This document shows, piece after piece, positions 39,024 to 49,091 of a stretch of 64,000 nucleotides of DNA. Source of the DNA: Bdellovibrionales bacterium (GTDB taxonomy: Bacteria; Bdellovibrionota; Bdellovibrionia; Bdellovibrionales; UBA1609); NCBI GenBank assembly GCA_965261545.1, contig CBDHDF010000010.1, positions 448,001-512,000 on the forward strand. Direction: 5' to 3'. The translations under genes were made by a program, and so were the position numbers. How positions within the stretch are numbered: position 1 is the first letter of the stretch; every line of letters starts with the position of its first letter. Under the pieces are notes generated by a model, which ran no database searches, was not told the DNA's origin, and saw only the letters and a program-made list of their open reading frames with translations.

Positions 39024-42014
39024 TTATTGTGATGTAAAAACAAATGGATAAGTCACCTCGCCCTCAGTATTGGAGGGAGGCTCTGGGAACTTCCATGTTT
39101 TCAGCCTTCTTATTATACAGTTTGCCACAGCTTTGCCTTCTAAGCTACTACTAACAACACTGGCTTTAGTAACACGCCCACCTTCAATAATGTTCCAACG
39201 CAAAACAAGTTTTCCATAAAGGTCTTTATTTTTGTTAAGTTCCCGGTCGTAGCAATTTTTAATAGCCCTTTTATTTCTCTCAATAACTCGACGAATGGCT
39301 GCACGATCTAAGGACCCTACAAACTCAGCTCCCTGACCACCGGTACTGATAACCACGGCTCCTTTTTTACCTAAACTTCCCAAACCCTCCTCACCATAGT
39401 TCCCGGTGCCTTTACCCTGTGTTCCAACTCCACTTATACCCACAGTGGATTTTCCACGACCTCTTCCCCCTGTATCTTTAATTCGTGTACCAATATTCTC
39501 ACCCTTACGATCCGACAACTGTCCCGAAGCACCTGTCGCAGTATCTGCAATACCGGCAAGTTCTCCAGAGCCATCATAGGCTTTATTAAGAGCTTGCTGA
39601 GTTCCCTTGCTGCCAAAAACACCCAAAAGTCCTGTTTTAGAAGGATCTACCTTTTTGCTTTTGAGACTACTACCCTTTTTGCCTGTTTTGCGCGCACCTC
39701 CATGCCTCGTCGATGTCAGCCTTTTTCTTTTATTATTTTTAGACTTTTTGCGAGATTTGACAGCAGCAGCTTTTCCCGGCTTTTTACGCACCGTAGGTTT
39801 TGGGGATTGCGCAACAACAGGCTTTGGAGGAGTCACCTTTTTCTTAGGAGCCTGAGGTGTGGGAGCTTTCTTTGGAGCCTCCGTCTTTTTTTGTTTATTG
39901 ATAGCAACAACCTTCTTTTGTGCGGATTTGACAACCTTCTTCTTTACCTTTGGTGGCATGAACTTCACAACCGCTTTTCTAACCTGTTCCTCCATTTTAT
40001 CTTCTTGATCAATAACAGAGGGGGAATAAATCATCATATAAAGACCCATCGTCATGGCAACAACTATGGCTAAAATAACACCTGTGACTTCTGAAGCTGT
40101 TAAGTTTAAAATAGGTGCGACTAAAGGCTTGGCTGTTTCAGGTACATAGCGAATATAAATAGAAACCAAATCTCCCTGTAGCCCCACACGCAACATACAC
40201 CCCTGGGGAATTTGTAATTTGTAGCCCTTAGATGCTTGTTCAAACTGTCCCTTGCGCATGAGTTCAGAAAATGACACCTTACTCAAGTCATCTTTGACAT
40301 AGTCACCAGACATACTTTGCTCTATGTACGCCGTGGCAAGTGTGTCTATTTTTAATAGTTGGTGGCTATCTTTATTGGTACCCAGTAAAGGAACAACCAC
40401 ATCGCATTTTGTGTTTGTACCCACCGTCACAAGGCCCTTTTGATCAAAGTGATGGCTCGATATCACCCTCTCACCCCAAGCCACAAGAACCTCAACAACC
40501 GTCCCTCTGTCGGGATGAATGTTGGGCTCCTTCAAAATACTACCCCGCCCTAGAGTCATTGAGTTCGACAAGCCCAAGGATTCTGTGGCATTGGATTCTG
40601 TCGATAAAGAAAAGGACGAGGAGGACGAGGAGGACGAAGCTTGAAAACTCTTTTCCAATGACCCTGATTTACTTTCGACTGAGCTTGGCTTACTTTTCAG
40701 TGGACCTGACTTAATTTCCAATGAACTTGGCTTAGGTTGCAACACTGTTTTTTCAAAGGTTTTATCAAATAACCCAACTTTAGAAGCCGATGTGGTCACC
40801 GTCGACCCTGCCACCTTAAAAGAAGAAGTGGAAGAAGGGGCTTGCTCATTGGGGGACGTCGTCACAGGTGCTGCAGGAGTCACTGGAACCGCAGGAGTCA
40901 CTGGGACCGCAGGAGTCACTGGAACCGCAGAAGGTACTGGGACCGCAGGAGTCACTGGAACCGCAGAAGGTACTGGGACCGCAGGAGCCACTGGAACCGC
41001 AGAAGGTACTGGGACCGCAGGTGCCGGGGGAGCCGCAGAAGGTACTGGAACCGCAGGAGCCACTGGAACCGCAGAAGGTACTGGAACCGCAGGTGCCGGG
41101 GGAGCCGCAGAAGGTACTGGAACCGCAGGAGTCACTGGAACCGCAGAAGGTACTGGAACCGCAGGTGCCGGGGGAGCCGCAGAAGGTACTGGAACCGCAG
41201 GAGTCACTGGAACCGCAGAAGGTACTGGAACCGCAGGTGCCGGGGGAGCCGCAGAAGGTACTGGAACCGCAGGAGTTACTGGGACCGCAGGAGTCACTGG
41301 AGTCGCAGAAGGTACTGGAACCGCAGGAGCCACTGGGACCGCAGAAGGTACTGGAACCGCAGGAGTCACTGGGACCACCGCAGGAGTCACTGGAACCGCA
41401 GGAGTCACTGGGACCGCAGGAGTTACTGGAGCCGCAGGAGTCACTGGGACCGCAGGAGTTACTGGAGCCGCAGGAGCCACTGGGACCGCAGAAGGTACTG
41501 GAGCCGCAGGAGCCACTGGGACCGCAGAAGGTACTGGAGCCGCAGGAGCCACTGGGACCGCAGAAGGTACTGGAGCCGCAGGAGCCACTGGGACCGCAGA
41601 AGGTACTGGAGCCGCAGGAGCCACTGGGACCGCAGAAGGTACTGGAGCCGCAAGAACTGGGGAGGCTGCGGAGGGCTCTGAAGACAAAGGAGGCGTGGAT
41701 GCCACGCCTCCCCTAGGCGCTCCCACAAAAAAATGAATTCTATACGATCCTACTTGAAATTCTGTTCCAGATTCAATCTTTTGCTCAACAACTCGAAGTC
41801 CTCCCACAAAAGTACCAAGCTCCGAACCCAGGTCAGAAATATAATAACCCGCATCTCTCTCTTCAATCAAAACATGAAATGGAGACACACTCTGGTCATT
41901 CAACGACAACTCAAGGCCCTCACCATGACCAATAACAATAGAGGGGCCATCAAATTGCTTAATACCCTCCAGCTTATCATGATGAAAAATACGCAAGAAA
42001 ATGGGTAATTTCAC
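39024..42014 (-). CDS. GltG/PglI-like gliding protein: FHA domain, Pro-rich repeat, TM helix, TonB-like C-terminal domain
   Basis: FHA (VSPFH, ISDLGSELGTFV), PAVPV repeats, TM at GVILAIVVAMTMG, C-terminal IRRVIERNKRAIKNCY...WKFPEP...VTYPFVF. Confidence 0.85.
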   Translation of the reverse strand: MKLPIFLRIFHHDKLEGIKQFDGPSIVIGHGEGLELSLNDQSVSPFHVLIEERDAGYYISDLGSELGTFVGGLRVVEQKIESGTEFQVGSYRIHFFVGAPRGGVASTPPLSSEPSAASPVLAAPVPSAVPVAPAAPVPSAVPVAPAAPVPSAVPVAPAAPVPSAVPVAPAAPVPSAVPVAPAAPVTPAVPVTPAAPVTPAVPVTPAVPVTPAVVPVTPAVPVPSAVPVAPAVPVPSATPVTPAVPVTPAVPVPSAAPPAPAVPVPSAVPVTPAVPVPSAAPPAPAVPVPSAVPVTPAVPVPSAAPPAPAVPVPSAVPVAPAVPVPSAAPPAPAVPVPSAVPVAPAVPVPSAVPVTPAVPVPSAVPVTPAVPVTPAVPVTPAAPVTTSPNEQAPSSTSSFKVAGSTVTTSASKVGLFDKTFEKTVLQPKPSSLEIKSGPLKSKPSSVESKSGSLEKSFQASSSSSSSSFSLSTESNATESLGLSNSMTLGRGSILKEPNIHPDRGTVVEVLVAWGERVISSHHFDQKGLVTVGTNTKCDVVVPLLGTNKDSHQLLKIDTLATAYIEQSMSGDYVKDDLSKVSFSELMRKGQFEQASKGYKLQIPQGCMLRVGLQGDLVSIYIRYVPETAKPLVAPILNLTASEVTGVILAIVVAMTMGLYMMIYSPSVIDQEDKMEEQVRKAVVKFMPPKVKKKVVKSAQKKVVAINKQKKTEAPKKAPTPQAPKKKVTPPKPVVAQSPKPTVRKKPGKAAAVKSRKKSKNNKRKRLTSTRHGGARKTGKKGSSLKSKKVDPSKTGLLGVFGSKGTQQALNKAYDGSGELAGIADTATGASGQLSDRKGENIGTRIKDTGGRGRGKSTVGISGVGTQGKGTGNYGEEGLGSLGKKGAVVISTGGQGAEFVGSLDRAAIRRVIERNKRAIKNCYDRELNKNKDLYGKLVLRWNIIEGGRVTKASVVSSSLEGKAVANCIIRRLKTWKFPEPPSNTEGEVTYPFVFTSQ
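40860..41655 (-). repeat. Coding VNTR with an 18-bp (6-aa) unit and 36- and 72-bp higher-order repeats
   Basis: Units such as ACTGGAACCGCAGGAGTC and ACTGGAACCGCAGAAGGT encode PAVPVT, PSAVPV and PAAPVP. Confidence 0.97.
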
Positions 42015-42042
42015 TCTTAGTTCCTTACTTGTTTAGCAAGTC

Positions 42043-42351
42043 TTATTTTTTTTGAATTTCTTCTCCAGAGCGTCTCATTTCAGGAAGAAAATTCTTTCTC
42101 AATTTAATGAGCTTCTTGTAGTTCACTTGTTTTCTCTTCAGAAAATACAGCAACTCAGATCCTTTAACGTCACCGTGAATCAGTTCATCCTCAAAATTAA
42201 CAGATGCTTTACGCTTTTTCTTTTTTTTTGCTTCAGCATACTCAAGACCTAGGACTAAACATAGATTCATTATTATAAGAACAATGAGATAAAACCGACT
42301 ATTTTTACTAATAGAGTTAGATTTTCTGTTTTTATTTAAGACTTTATTCAC
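42043..42351 (-). CDS. GltF/CglF-like small exported gliding protein
   Basis: Signal peptide, then VNFEDELIHG...LIKLRKNFLPEM; lies between the TPR gene and gltG. Confidence 0.72.
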   Translation of the reverse strand: MNKVLNKNRKSNSISKNSRFYLIVLIIMNLCLVLGLEYAEAKKKKKRKASVNFEDELIHGDVKGSELLYFLKRKQVNYKKLIKLRKNFLPEMRRSGEEIQKK

Positions 42352-45300
42352 AATTCACCTAACCTTTTTTCAAGTTCACTTACTTTACGCAAGAGATTCG
42401 GATTATTTGTATTAAACTTAACCTTGCTTAGTATGCGATAAGCATCCCCTCGTTCTTTCAATATATCTATTAGCAAAATGGCATAATTATAAAGCAATGA
42501 GGCATCACGAACTCCTGAATCCAAAGCTTTCTTAAAAATTTTCTCAGCCTGCTTATTTTGCCCCGTTCCCATCAAAGCAACAGCATAGTTATTTGATACA
42601 CCAATAGCAGACTCATTCCTTCTCCCCAAACCAGACTTCATCTTCTCATATCCAGATTCGAGTGGAGCAAGTGCTCGCCCATAGTCCTTATAAGTACTAA
42701 ATATAGACCCTAAATTAAGGCTAGCATTTTCGTAAGAATCTTTTATTTCGATGGCTCTTTTAAAATAAAAAATAGCTTTTCTAATATCACCTTCCACTAA
42801 ATAAATAACACCTATATTATTATATAAGCCAGGTTCTTTTTCATGATTCTTAAGAGCTCTTTGATAAATAATTTTAGCCATCTTCGATTTTCCTTCAGTA
42901 AAATAAAAATACCCCAAAGCATTTAATGCATTTAAGTCCTTTGGATTTACACTTAACATCTTAGACACCTCTTTCACAACCATGTCCTCGTCTTTAGCAT
43001 TAAGAGCCAACTTAAGGCGACGATAGCTTCCAGACACACCCTTAGGTCTTTCAGACTTTTCACTACTGCCACGACTTCCACCCAGTCCGTCTGTCAATCT
43101 AGTTAAATGAGTTTCATAATCATGGCCTGAGTTCTTTCCGGGTTCAACCTTACCTAATTCTATGGTTGCTATATTTAACCACTTATTATAAGCCTGAAAT
43201 CTAAACGCCTTTTCAATAGCTGACTTATAAGATCCAATAGCCTGTTCTTGAAATGGCTTTGCCAATTTATCAATTTCCTTTTTATATAATTTAAGATCAT
43301 CACCTTTTAACTCCTTAGGAACAGGCGCATGATAAATAGAGGAAGCCATGTGCTGAAGGGCTTGACCTTGAACCGTCAAGGCAGCAACAACCTGACTGCC
43401 ATCATTATAGGCCACCACTGATTTGAGCTGTTCTTTAAGTTGGTTCATCATTTTTAGTTTCTTTTGCACAGCTGCACTCTGACGCTTTCCCGCTGGAATA
43501 GAAATGGCTTGCAAGGCAAGATAAGTTTCATAAACAATATTAAATTTAGCCTCTGCTGCATAACGAAGACCTAGGTCTCTCTGTTCTCCTGAAGCCTCTT
43601 TATGCAAAGATACAGTTTTTTTATACCAAAAATGTGCCTTAGATTTATTTTTTTCCTTCTCATAAATATGCCCTATTTTATAAGACGCCTCAATAAAAAG
43701 TTTTCCACTTTGATCGCTCTCTTTAATATATTTTTTATAAAAAGAAATAGCTTTTGAAGCCTTCTTTCTCCGCTCCCAAATTTTACCCATGAGAAATAAT
43801 ACTTCGGAACGATCTTTCTCGCGTGACTTATCATAGTAACTTTGATAATTTTTAAGCGCCGAACTATATCTATCTAAACCATCTTGAATAACTGCAGCAT
43901 TATATAAGAAATCTATAGCTACTTTGCTCTTAGGATTTTTCTTAGAGTAAACCTCATAAATATTTGCTGCCTTTAAATACTGACCTGTTTGTTCATAAAT
44001 AGATGCTAGAAATTTTTGTGCCTTAGGTTTCAAAACCTTCTCTTTATTTCCTTTCATTGTTAAAACAAGGTGATACATCGAGATGGCGCTCAATAACATA
44101 CCAGCTCTTTCAAAATTCACTGCGGCATTAAATCGGGCCCCAATGGCCAAAGAACTTCTTGGGTTTGCTGTCGCAAAAGAGGCATAATCCTTGGCAGCAT
44201 TTTTATAGTCTTTTAACTTTTCTTTTTCTTCAGCTTGTTTAAAGGTCGCCTTTTGTTTAATCTCTCTCACTTTAGATCCAAGCTTTGAAGACCCTATAGA
44301 ATATATACCGAGAAGCTTATCTGCCACCACTCCCAAGTTTTTATAATCTTTCTTTATATTAAAAATATCTAAAATAAAATTAACTGAATATTCACCATAC
44401 TTTGTCTTTGGAGCCTTTTGCGCCACCTCCATGAGGTGTTCAATGGCAAGGTCAAACTGATTATAATAATAATAAAGTGATCCTATGCGATACCTAATAG
44501 ATATGCGGCTGCTCTTATCCTCATGCTTTGAGCCAAGATACTTTATAGCTACTTTCTCAAAAGCCTTCACTTTAGGTCCAAAAGGGATGGGCTTTAAAGA
44601 ACCTCCCACAATGGACTTGATCTCCTTGGGGGTTGGGAGCAACTTCTCACGAGAAAGAATGGCATTGAGAATTGCCTTTTCTGCATATTTACTTTTGGAT
44701 CGATAGTTAAACACCCATTCATAGTGCTTTGCCGACTGCTCAAAATTCTTCATATCGTAAAGAAGCTCACCATAGAAGAAGTGCATTTCGTCCACATTTT
44801 CACTATTGGTGAATGAACGAAAATAAGCATTATAAGCATCGCTAGCCTGCTTCTGAGTATCAGCAACCTTGGATTTTTGAGCCGTCTGATGTGTCTGCAA
44901 AATATAGCTGCGCAATGTGCTTTCAACAAGCTTATTAGACTTAGCAATAATATTTTTATTCTTGGCATTTTTAGAAAACCACTCACTTTTTTTATTATAA
45001 CCATTAATCCATTTAAAAAGCTCTGCAATAAAAACCCTGTTATTTCCACTATCTAGTTCAATTTTCACGATCTGATACTGATACTCATAGGCTCGTGGGC
45101 TATTGGAATTGAGTGAGATAAGCTTTCTAAATGAATATTTAGCAGCAGGAAGATTCCCAGCATCAACATAATAGAAAGCAATTTTTGCTAGCAGTTTAGG
45201 GGCGGATTTTCTTCCAACAACTTTTTGGAAATAAGAATAAGCACTCTTGTAGTTTCCTGCCTCTACATAAAAAGCCACAATATCTTTCACCGCCTCAGTA

Positions 45301-46247
45301 GCAAGACGAATGCGACTAACCTTCGACTTTTCAGAACGACCCTTAGCTTTTCGCCCCGTGTATATAACCTTCTCCATGGACCTTAAGGCCACCGCAGCCT
45401 GTCCCATTTTATACTGACACCAAGCGCTTTTATACAAAGAAAATGAGTAAAGGCGAGCTTTTTTATCTCTTATAATCTTCTTATAGTGCTTAAGAGCTTC
45501 TCTCCATTTTTCATTATTAAAATAATACTCTCCCAATGAAAAATTAGATTCATGAACAAATAAACTTTTTGGATATTCTTTTGTTAAGCGTAAATAATAC
45601 CCTTTCCCCTTTCTAGGTTGATTCAACTCAAAATAATTATAGCCCAACAAAAAAAGTGCTTGGTCTCCCTTTGAATCCTTTGGATAGTCTCTTAAAAACC
45701 ATTCATAAAGCTGGATGGCTTTTCGATTGTAAGTCATGGCTGAGCTTAAATCTAGCCTAGGCATTCTTTTTCTTTTTTTATCATAATATTCTTGAATCCG
45801 CTTATCATAATCATCCTGCAATCTAAACTCTATGAGACGTGCCTTTTCGACATAAAGCTCTGCCAACCTCAACCAAAGTTCTCCTCGACCGCGACTCCTC
45901 TTAAAGCGTTGAGTGAGTTGATAAGCATCCTTGATAAGCCTATCCGTGGCTTTTTCAAGAGCAATTTCGTTTGCATTTTCACCATAGTAAAATTGCGAAG
46001 AGGAAGGCGGCTTTACCTTTCGAAGATTGACTTTATTCAAAATTTTTATTTTATTAAATTTTGGCAGTGCATTTTTTTTCTTCTTAACTTGTTGGACATG
46101 CTTCTGTTCGATCTTTCTAAGAACATCACCAACAGTTCCCTTCTCTCTAGCTCCTATAGAATTTTTATTAAAGAAAACTACCTGTGATGCGACCGCAACA
46201 AGAAGAATACAAAAAAAACTGATAAAGATACGAAAATTATAAACCAC
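42348..46247 (-). CDS. Large TPR gliding protein (GltD/AgmU-like, probably fused to a GltE/AglT-like module)
   Basis: Signal peptide, ELWLRLAELYVE, many TPR units, a Gly/Ser linker and a further ~230-aa TPR module. Confidence 0.8.
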   Translation of the reverse strand: MVYNFRIFISFFCILLVAVASQVVFFNKNSIGAREKGTVGDVLRKIEQKHVQQVKKKKNALPKFNKIKILNKVNLRKVKPPSSSQFYYGENANEIALEKATDRLIKDAYQLTQRFKRSRGRGELWLRLAELYVEKARLIEFRLQDDYDKRIQEYYDKKRKRMPRLDLSSAMTYNRKAIQLYEWFLRDYPKDSKGDQALFLLGYNYFELNQPRKGKGYYLRLTKEYPKSLFVHESNFSLGEYYFNNEKWREALKHYKKIIRDKKARLYSFSLYKSAWCQYKMGQAAVALRSMEKVIYTGRKAKGRSEKSKVSRIRLATEAVKDIVAFYVEAGNYKSAYSYFQKVVGRKSAPKLLAKIAFYYVDAGNLPAAKYSFRKLISLNSNSPRAYEYQYQIVKIELDSGNNRVFIAELFKWINGYNKKSEWFSKNAKNKNIIAKSNKLVESTLRSYILQTHQTAQKSKVADTQKQASDAYNAYFRSFTNSENVDEMHFFYGELLYDMKNFEQSAKHYEWVFNYRSKSKYAEKAILNAILSREKLLPTPKEIKSIVGGSLKPIPFGPKVKAFEKVAIKYLGSKHEDKSSRISIRYRIGSLYYYYNQFDLAIEHLMEVAQKAPKTKYGEYSVNFILDIFNIKKDYKNLGVVADKLLGIYSIGSSKLGSKVREIKQKATFKQAEEKEKLKDYKNAAKDYASFATANPRSSLAIGARFNAAVNFERAGMLLSAISMYHLVLTMKGNKEKVLKPKAQKFLASIYEQTGQYLKAANIYEVYSKKNPKSKVAIDFLYNAAVIQDGLDRYSSALKNYQSYYDKSREKDRSEVLFLMGKIWERRKKASKAISFYKKYIKESDQSGKLFIEASYKIGHIYEKEKNKSKAHFWYKKTVSLHKEASGEQRDLGLRYAAEAKFNIVYETYLALQAISIPAGKRQSAAVQKKLKMMNQLKEQLKSVVAYNDGSQVVAALTVQGQALQHMASSIYHAPVPKELKGDDLKLYKKEIDKLAKPFQEQAIGSYKSAIEKAFRFQAYNKWLNIATIELGKVEPGKNSGHDYETHLTRLTDGLGGSRGSSEKSERPKGVSGSYRRLKLALNAKDEDMVVKEVSKMLSVNPKDLNALNALGYFYFTEGKSKMAKIIYQRALKNHEKEPGLYNNIGVIYLVEGDIRKAIFYFKRAIEIKDSYENASLNLGSIFSTYKDYGRALAPLESGYEKMKSGLGRRNESAIGVSNNYAVALMGTGQNKQAEKIFKKALDSGVRDASLLYNYAILLIDILKERGDAYRILSKVKFNTNNPNLLRKVSELEKRLGEL

Positions 46248-48072
46248 AACTATGTGTTCCTATATAGTGATAATTACCTAATTCATCTAGCCAATATTCA
46301 CCATTAAATGACCAGTACTCAAATCCATCTTGTATATAAAAGTCTCTTGTTTGCTCATCATTTATTTGCTTAGGCAATAATTTTCCGCTTATTTTTTTCC
46401 GAATATTTTCTCTCTCGCTGTTGCCCATCTCAAAACGAATAAAACCTTCTTGTTCAAAAAAATCTCTCAATTCAGCCTTAATAGCCAACATATGATCTCT
46501 AACCTGTTGACCCGCCCTCTTGCGCGCCTTGATAATTCTTGTTGTTATAACCTTGTTAGCATATCGCCCCATAGAAGACTCTTTCCAGCGAGATGGCATA
46601 GATTGAACTCGATTTTTTTCTCTTAAAAGCTCTTTAATGTAGTTATAAGAGCGACGAAAATCACCTTCTTTAAGAATTCTTCTAACGGCCTGAAAAGGTA
46701 ACTTATATTTATTATGATCAATGTTTTCTCCAAAATTATTATAATCTACCAAAATGCTAACGATATCATTAAAATATTTTGAAGGATCACTATTAACATT
46801 CAAATAATTATTGATATCTGAGTAAACAGGTTTATATATTTTATTAAATAAATCCATTACTTTCCTCATTTCAACATACTTGCAAATATACAAGTATACA
46901 ATAGCCCTTAATAAAAGAGACTCCGGCAAATAAAAGTTCTCATAAAAAGTTGAATGAAGAGATTGAAAATTACTAAGAGCTGACCTAAATTTTCCACTTC
47001 TAAGCATGGCCCAACTAGACTCAAACAATGTGTCATGCCAAAACTCTGTATCTCTAGGAATCTTTCGATAATTTTCAATAGCTTGTTCCCAGTTTTTATC
47101 TTGATAGAAGGCTCGGGCCTTTCCCATAATCCCAACCACCCGGTTAGCATTGGTAATATCAGTTGATCCCTGATGCTCTATAAGTTCATCAAACGCATTC
47201 ACAGCTTTTTCAATTTGATTGAGTTCACTATATGCAAGAGCCTGAGAATATTTTGATTTATTATAAAAAGAACTTGAATCGCTCACCAAACCAAAACTAT
47301 GCGCTGCTTTCTTTATTTGATCATTTCTCATCTGAAACTCACCAATACGATAGTACAGCATATCCCTATGAACCTTTGGAAATTCACTGACTTTTACCTT
47401 TGATATTGCATAGTTGAGAAGGGAATCATCACCTAATTTGTCTGCTGCCAAAGATAACTTTTCAAGACTCTGCTTCAAGTACTTACTTTGTCCCTTTCTA
47501 ATAACATTAATAAATTGAAAAGCTGAAGTTTGATTTAAATCCATTTGATAAAGCATTAAACCTAATATGTACTTAATTTGAGTCCTTTTAGATAAAAATC
47601 GAGGGCTATGACTAAGTTGAAACAACTTCATTGAGGCCTCATGGTACTCACCATTATGAACTAGTTTTAAAGCATTTGTTAGATCGGCGTACATTTTCTT
47701 TGAACGAGTCTTTGAACGGGTCTTTGAAACATCGCTTTGTCTTTTACGCCAAGATTTTTTAAGCTTCTTCCTCTTGCTCTTCAACTGTTTTTTTGGCTTA
47801 GACTTCCTTGCTACTTTCTTACGACTCTTCGTGTTATTAAGCTTTTTAATAAGAGCTTTAGATTTTTCTCTTACTCCTCTTTTTGCCACTCTTTTCAATT
47901 TAGACTGAATATTTTTTTGAGATTTCTTAACTTGCTTTTTATTTTTCCCTTCTATGAGAGTTGCTCCTTGACCAAAAGAGAGATTCCCAAAGCCTCCCCC
48001 CCCCAAGAACAAAAAAAATATAAGACCTAAACTTGCCCCAATCTTCATCAACTTTTTTGATATAATAATCAC
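46237..48072 (-). CDS. GltC-like TPR gliding protein
   Basis: TPRs, FESSWA...ALSNFQSLHS, PESLLLRAIVYLYICKY, C-terminal EYWSFNGEYWLDELGNY...C. Confidence 0.8.
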   Translation of the reverse strand: MIIISKKLMKIGASLGLIFFLFLGGGGFGNLSFGQGATLIEGKNKKQVKKSQKNIQSKLKRVAKRGVREKSKALIKKLNNTKSRKKVARKSKPKKQLKSKRKKLKKSWRKRQSDVSKTRSKTRSKKMYADLTNALKLVHNGEYHEASMKLFQLSHSPRFLSKRTQIKYILGLMLYQMDLNQTSAFQFINVIRKGQSKYLKQSLEKLSLAADKLGDDSLLNYAISKVKVSEFPKVHRDMLYYRIGEFQMRNDQIKKAAHSFGLVSDSSSFYNKSKYSQALAYSELNQIEKAVNAFDELIEHQGSTDITNANRVVGIMGKARAFYQDKNWEQAIENYRKIPRDTEFWHDTLFESSWAMLRSGKFRSALSNFQSLHSTFYENFYLPESLLLRAIVYLYICKYVEMRKVMDLFNKIYKPVYSDINNYLNVNSDPSKYFNDIVSILVDYNNFGENIDHNKYKLPFQAVRRILKEGDFRRSYNYIKELLREKNRVQSMPSRWKESSMGRYANKVITTRIIKARKRAGQQVRDHMLAIKAELRDFFEQEGFIRFEMGNSERENIRKKISGKLLPKQINDEQTRDFYIQDGFEYWSFNGEYWLDELGNYHYIGTHSCGL

Positions 48073-48084
48073 TACTTGACTCCC

Positions 48085-48148
48085 TATTCCTTTTAGCTAC
48101 AGCATTGCCTTTAGCTACAGTATTGCCTTTAGCTACAGTATTGCCTTC
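48085..48148 (-). repeat. About 3.5 copies of an 18-bp tandem repeat between gliding genes
   Basis: TTGCCTTTAGCTACAG(C/T)A units. Confidence 0.85.
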
Positions 48149-48149
48149 A

Positions 48150-48992
48150 TTACCTGTACTCAACCCCTGGAATAAAAAAGCTAACACCAATTCCACAAAA
48201 CAAATCTGAGTGATTTACAGCTTCACGCCCACCACTTCGCCTTGATTCAACTTCTGCTATATATCGATTCCAGGTCAGGTCCCACCGAAGAGCCATAGAC
48301 TTACCAAGAGCAAAGCTCTGACCAACACCTAATTGTATCGTACCAACTCCTTGGCGATTTTGAATCTCTGTTGATCCATAACCTAGACTAAAGAAGGCAT
48401 CAAAGGGAACAATCCTACCTTCAAAAAGAGACATCTTTCCGTAAATAGGCACCCACTTAATGGACCCTCCAATGAAGCTATGAGGGACAACAAGGCTGCG
48501 TGTAGAAATCTTTCTTAAATTTGCAAGGTCCTTTGTAATCTGCCTCTTTGATGAATAAACAGAATAATATTGACCCTCCACTCCCCATTTTTCTGAAATA
48601 TAAAATCCTCCCTTTAAGGCAAAGGCTACGTTATTAAAGAATGCATTGTTTAAAACGAGAAGACTTCCCGCATGCAGCTCAAAGCGCTGGCTTTTTGGCA
48701 AGAATTTCTTAGATATAATGGCCACATCTTGAAAAGGAGCCAGCTTAGATAGTTCTGAAAGTTTATCAAGAGCCTTTGGAGGATCAAAGCTTCTCGAAAT
48801 AGTTGTTTTTTTGTCCTTACTATTTACTTCTTCTTCTAAATCGTCATAAAGCCCCTCAATGTCTACACTTTCACCTTCAATACCAGTTTGCGCTAGAGCG
48901 AGAGGTATAGACAGCCATGACATCCATGTGGCGGATGGTATGAAAAGCATTAAAAATATTAACAGCGTAGATAATCTAATATAGTAATACAC
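48150..48992 (-). CDS. Outer-membrane beta-barrel protein (GltA/B-like)
   Basis: AIISKKFLPKSQRFE, WVPIYGKMSL, C-terminal GIGVSFFIP. Confidence 0.8.
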   Translation of the reverse strand: MYYYIRLSTLLIFLMLFIPSATWMSWLSIPLALAQTGIEGESVDIEGLYDDLEEEVNSKDKKTTISRSFDPPKALDKLSELSKLAPFQDVAIISKKFLPKSQRFELHAGSLLVLNNAFFNNVAFALKGGFYISEKWGVEGQYYSVYSSKRQITKDLANLRKISTRSLVVPHSFIGGSIKWVPIYGKMSLFEGRIVPFDAFFSLGYGSTEIQNRQGVGTIQLGVGQSFALGKSMALRWDLTWNRYIAEVESRRSGGREAVNHSDLFCGIGVSFFIPGVEYR

Positions 48993-49091
48993 ATGCCCCC
49001 CATATATATCTCACTAAAATATCAAAATAATAAAAATTTTCTAAATACTTCATTGCATAACTAATGTTTCGTCGATGCGCACGCCCTCAGC

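Noticed and set aside
40860..41655. Possible CRISPR array
   Set aside because: The repeats are contiguous, in frame and without unique spacers, and no cas genes are present in the window.
40792..41736. Three long plus-strand ORFs (GTAGVT-, RRSHW- and EPQ-repeat proteins)
   Set aside because: They are antisense shadows of the stop-free 18-bp VNTR inside the minus-strand GltG-like gene.
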